From: Octopus bimaculoides
Lineage: Eukaryota
Assembly (NCBI RefSeq): GCF_001194135.2
Contig: NC_068982.1
Span: 185,586,066 to 185,649,809 of the forward strand
DNA length: 63,744 nt
Direction of reading: 5' to 3'
The notes under the pieces are model-generated. The model was not told the origin of the DNA, did not search any database, and saw only the letters and a list, made by a program, of their open reading frames with translations. Numbering within the stretch: position 1 is the stretch's first letter; each line of letters opens with the position of its first letter. Of the stretch, positions 61,676 to 63,744 are shown piece after piece. The translations under genes were made by a program, and so were the position numbers.

Positions 61676-63744
61676 ACACACACACTATATATATATACAT
61701 TGCGGAACTCCGTCGGTTATGACGACGAGGGTTCCAGTTGATCCGATCAACGGAACAGCCTACTTGTGAAATTAACATGCAAGTGGCTGAGCACTCCACA
61801 GATACGTGTACCCTTAACATAGTTCATGGGGAGATTCGGCGTGACACAGGGTGTGACAAGGCTGGCTCTTTGAAACACAGGTACAACAGAAACAGGAAGA
61901 AAGAGTGAGAGAAAGTTGTGGTGAAAGAGTACAGCAGGGTTCGCCACCATCCCCTGCCGGAGCCTCGTGGAGCTTTAGATGTTTTCGCTCAATAAACACT
62001 CACAACACCCCGTCTAAGAATCGAAACCACGNNNNNNNNNNNNNNNNNNNNNNNNNNNNNNNNNNNNNNNNNNNNNNNNNNNNNNNNNNNNNNNNNNNNN
62101 NNNNNNNNNNNNNNNNNNNNNNNNNNNNNNNNNNNNNNNNNNNNNNNNNNNNNNNNNNNNNNNNNNNNNNNNNNNNNNNNNNNNNNNNNNNNNNNNNNNN
62201 NNNNNNNNNNNNNNNNNNNNNNNNNNNNNNNNNNNNNNNNNNNNNNNNNNNNNNNNNNNNNNNNNNNNNNNNNNNNNNNNNNNNNNNNNNNNNNNNNNNN
62301 NNNNNNNNNNNNNNNNNNNNNNNNNNNNNNNNNNNNNNNNNNNNNNNNNNNNNNNNNNNNNNNNNNNNNNNNNNNNNNNNNNNNNNNNNNNNNNNNNNNN
62401 NNNNNNNNNNNNNNNNNNNNNNNNNNNNNNNNNNNNNNNNNNNNNNNNNNNNNNNNNNNNNNNNNNNNNNNNNNNNNNNNNNNNNNNNNNNNNNNNNNNN
62501 NNNNNNNNNNNNNNNNNNNNNNNNNNNNNNNNNNNNNNNNNNNNNNNNNNNNNNNNNNNNNAAATATGTCACAGGGAATAACATTTTTATGACCGCCCAG
62601 CAGTAACTCTATTAAGCTGAATAGACGTCAGTGATTGGTTGAAATTACAGAAATACGACAACTTTAACATGGAATAACTTGCGAATTCCTTTTTTTTGTT
62701 AAGAAGTTTAAGAGTAAAAGATGTTTTATATGACACATTCTACCAGTGTCCCAAGTTTCAAAGTGTTTCGTTAAGAAAATACTGGTGCCCCCGTTTTGAA
62801 ATAGATCCTCGATCCCTTTTATTTTCCATCTATCAAATCTATTCACAAGGCTTTGGTCGGCTTAGTAGAAGACACCTGTCCTTGATGCCATGCAGTGGGA
62901 CTGAACCCGGAACCATGTGGATGGGAAGCAAACTTCTTACAACACAGTCACGCCAGCACCTACATTAAAATACTCGAAAGACTTCACGGAAAGTTTTTCT
63001 ATATTAAAATAAACATCAGTAAAGAAACTTTTACACAATTACAGAAGTGTTAGAAAAGGCAATCTGTCTGTATGGAAGCGCATACCATACCATATACATA
63101 TCATCAAGTATGTTATCGAACGAGTTTATGTGATAAAAAAATAAAATCCAAGAGTGCAAAGGAAATTTGGCAATCGTCAGGCAGGGTTTATCAGAAGAGT
63201 ATAGCTTGGACTACAAGAGGTCTGAAAAGACAAGATCTGGTTTATGAGTTTCAGAGATGTTAGAAGAAAAAAAGAAAGAAAAACTAATGAAAAGTCTGAA
63301 CAATTTTTGTCTAGAGTTCCATCAGAGTTATGTCCCTTGGATCGGTCTTTTTTTTTTTAGTCGTTTTACGTAATGGCATGCAAATGACAATTGTCCACTC
63401 CAGGTTTTGTATATCTGATTGTGAAAATGTTGAAAGGCAAGGGTGAGGAAGAGAGAAAGTGCAAGATTGAGAGATGCTGGGGAGGATTCTTTAAATGTGC
63501 GTGTGTATATGTGTGGTTGTGATGGAGCGCTGGATGCGAAGGAAAGCACAACTTATTATGGTGAAGGTACTTCATATGGAACAAAAGCTAATCCTTACTA
63601 CTAGGATGGAACCAAATATATACCTCTTGTCAGGAGTAAAAGAGAAGAAAACTTCACTTTTAGAGTTCAAGAAGATCCATGGGCGAAACGAATTCTTTAT
63701 AATAATCCTTTTCTCTGCTAAGCTGAGTGTCTATTTTAGTTGTA

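Noticed and set aside
1-63744. CRISPR arrays, functional tRNA genes, prokaryotic operons
   Set aside because: The sequence is eukaryotic and intron-rich. The tRNA-like segments are SINE heads, and no regularly spaced repeat-spacer array was seen.

Overview
AT-rich, microsatellite-dense animal genomic DNA with 12 N-gaps. The repeat families look like those of an Octopus draft scaffold; the species is my inference. The one convincing gene is a minus-strand adenylate kinase (AK1-type, short LID) with TWO tandem catalytic domains. Ten well-supported coding exons run from 23869 to the stop at 5677. They form two copies of the same exon module (39/164/117/192/76 nt, then 39/164/117/192/72 nt), all GT-AG and in frame. 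A 13-nt microexon (33943-33955) and an ATG-CCA first coding exon (57701-57706) plausibly complete a 1191-nt CDS (396 aa): [396 protein letters not shown]. The introns hold RTE and CR1/L2-like LINE relics, three tRNA-type SINE families, a solo LTR, an internally deleted mariner, piggyBac-type MITEs and a Penelope-like GIY-YIG fragment with a hammerhead-like motif. They also hold a full-length 5S rRNA copy fused to an RTE tail, a ~310-bp palindrome, a locally templated insertion and cryptic minisatellites. All exon calls were made by eye without transcript data; repeat boundaries are approximate.
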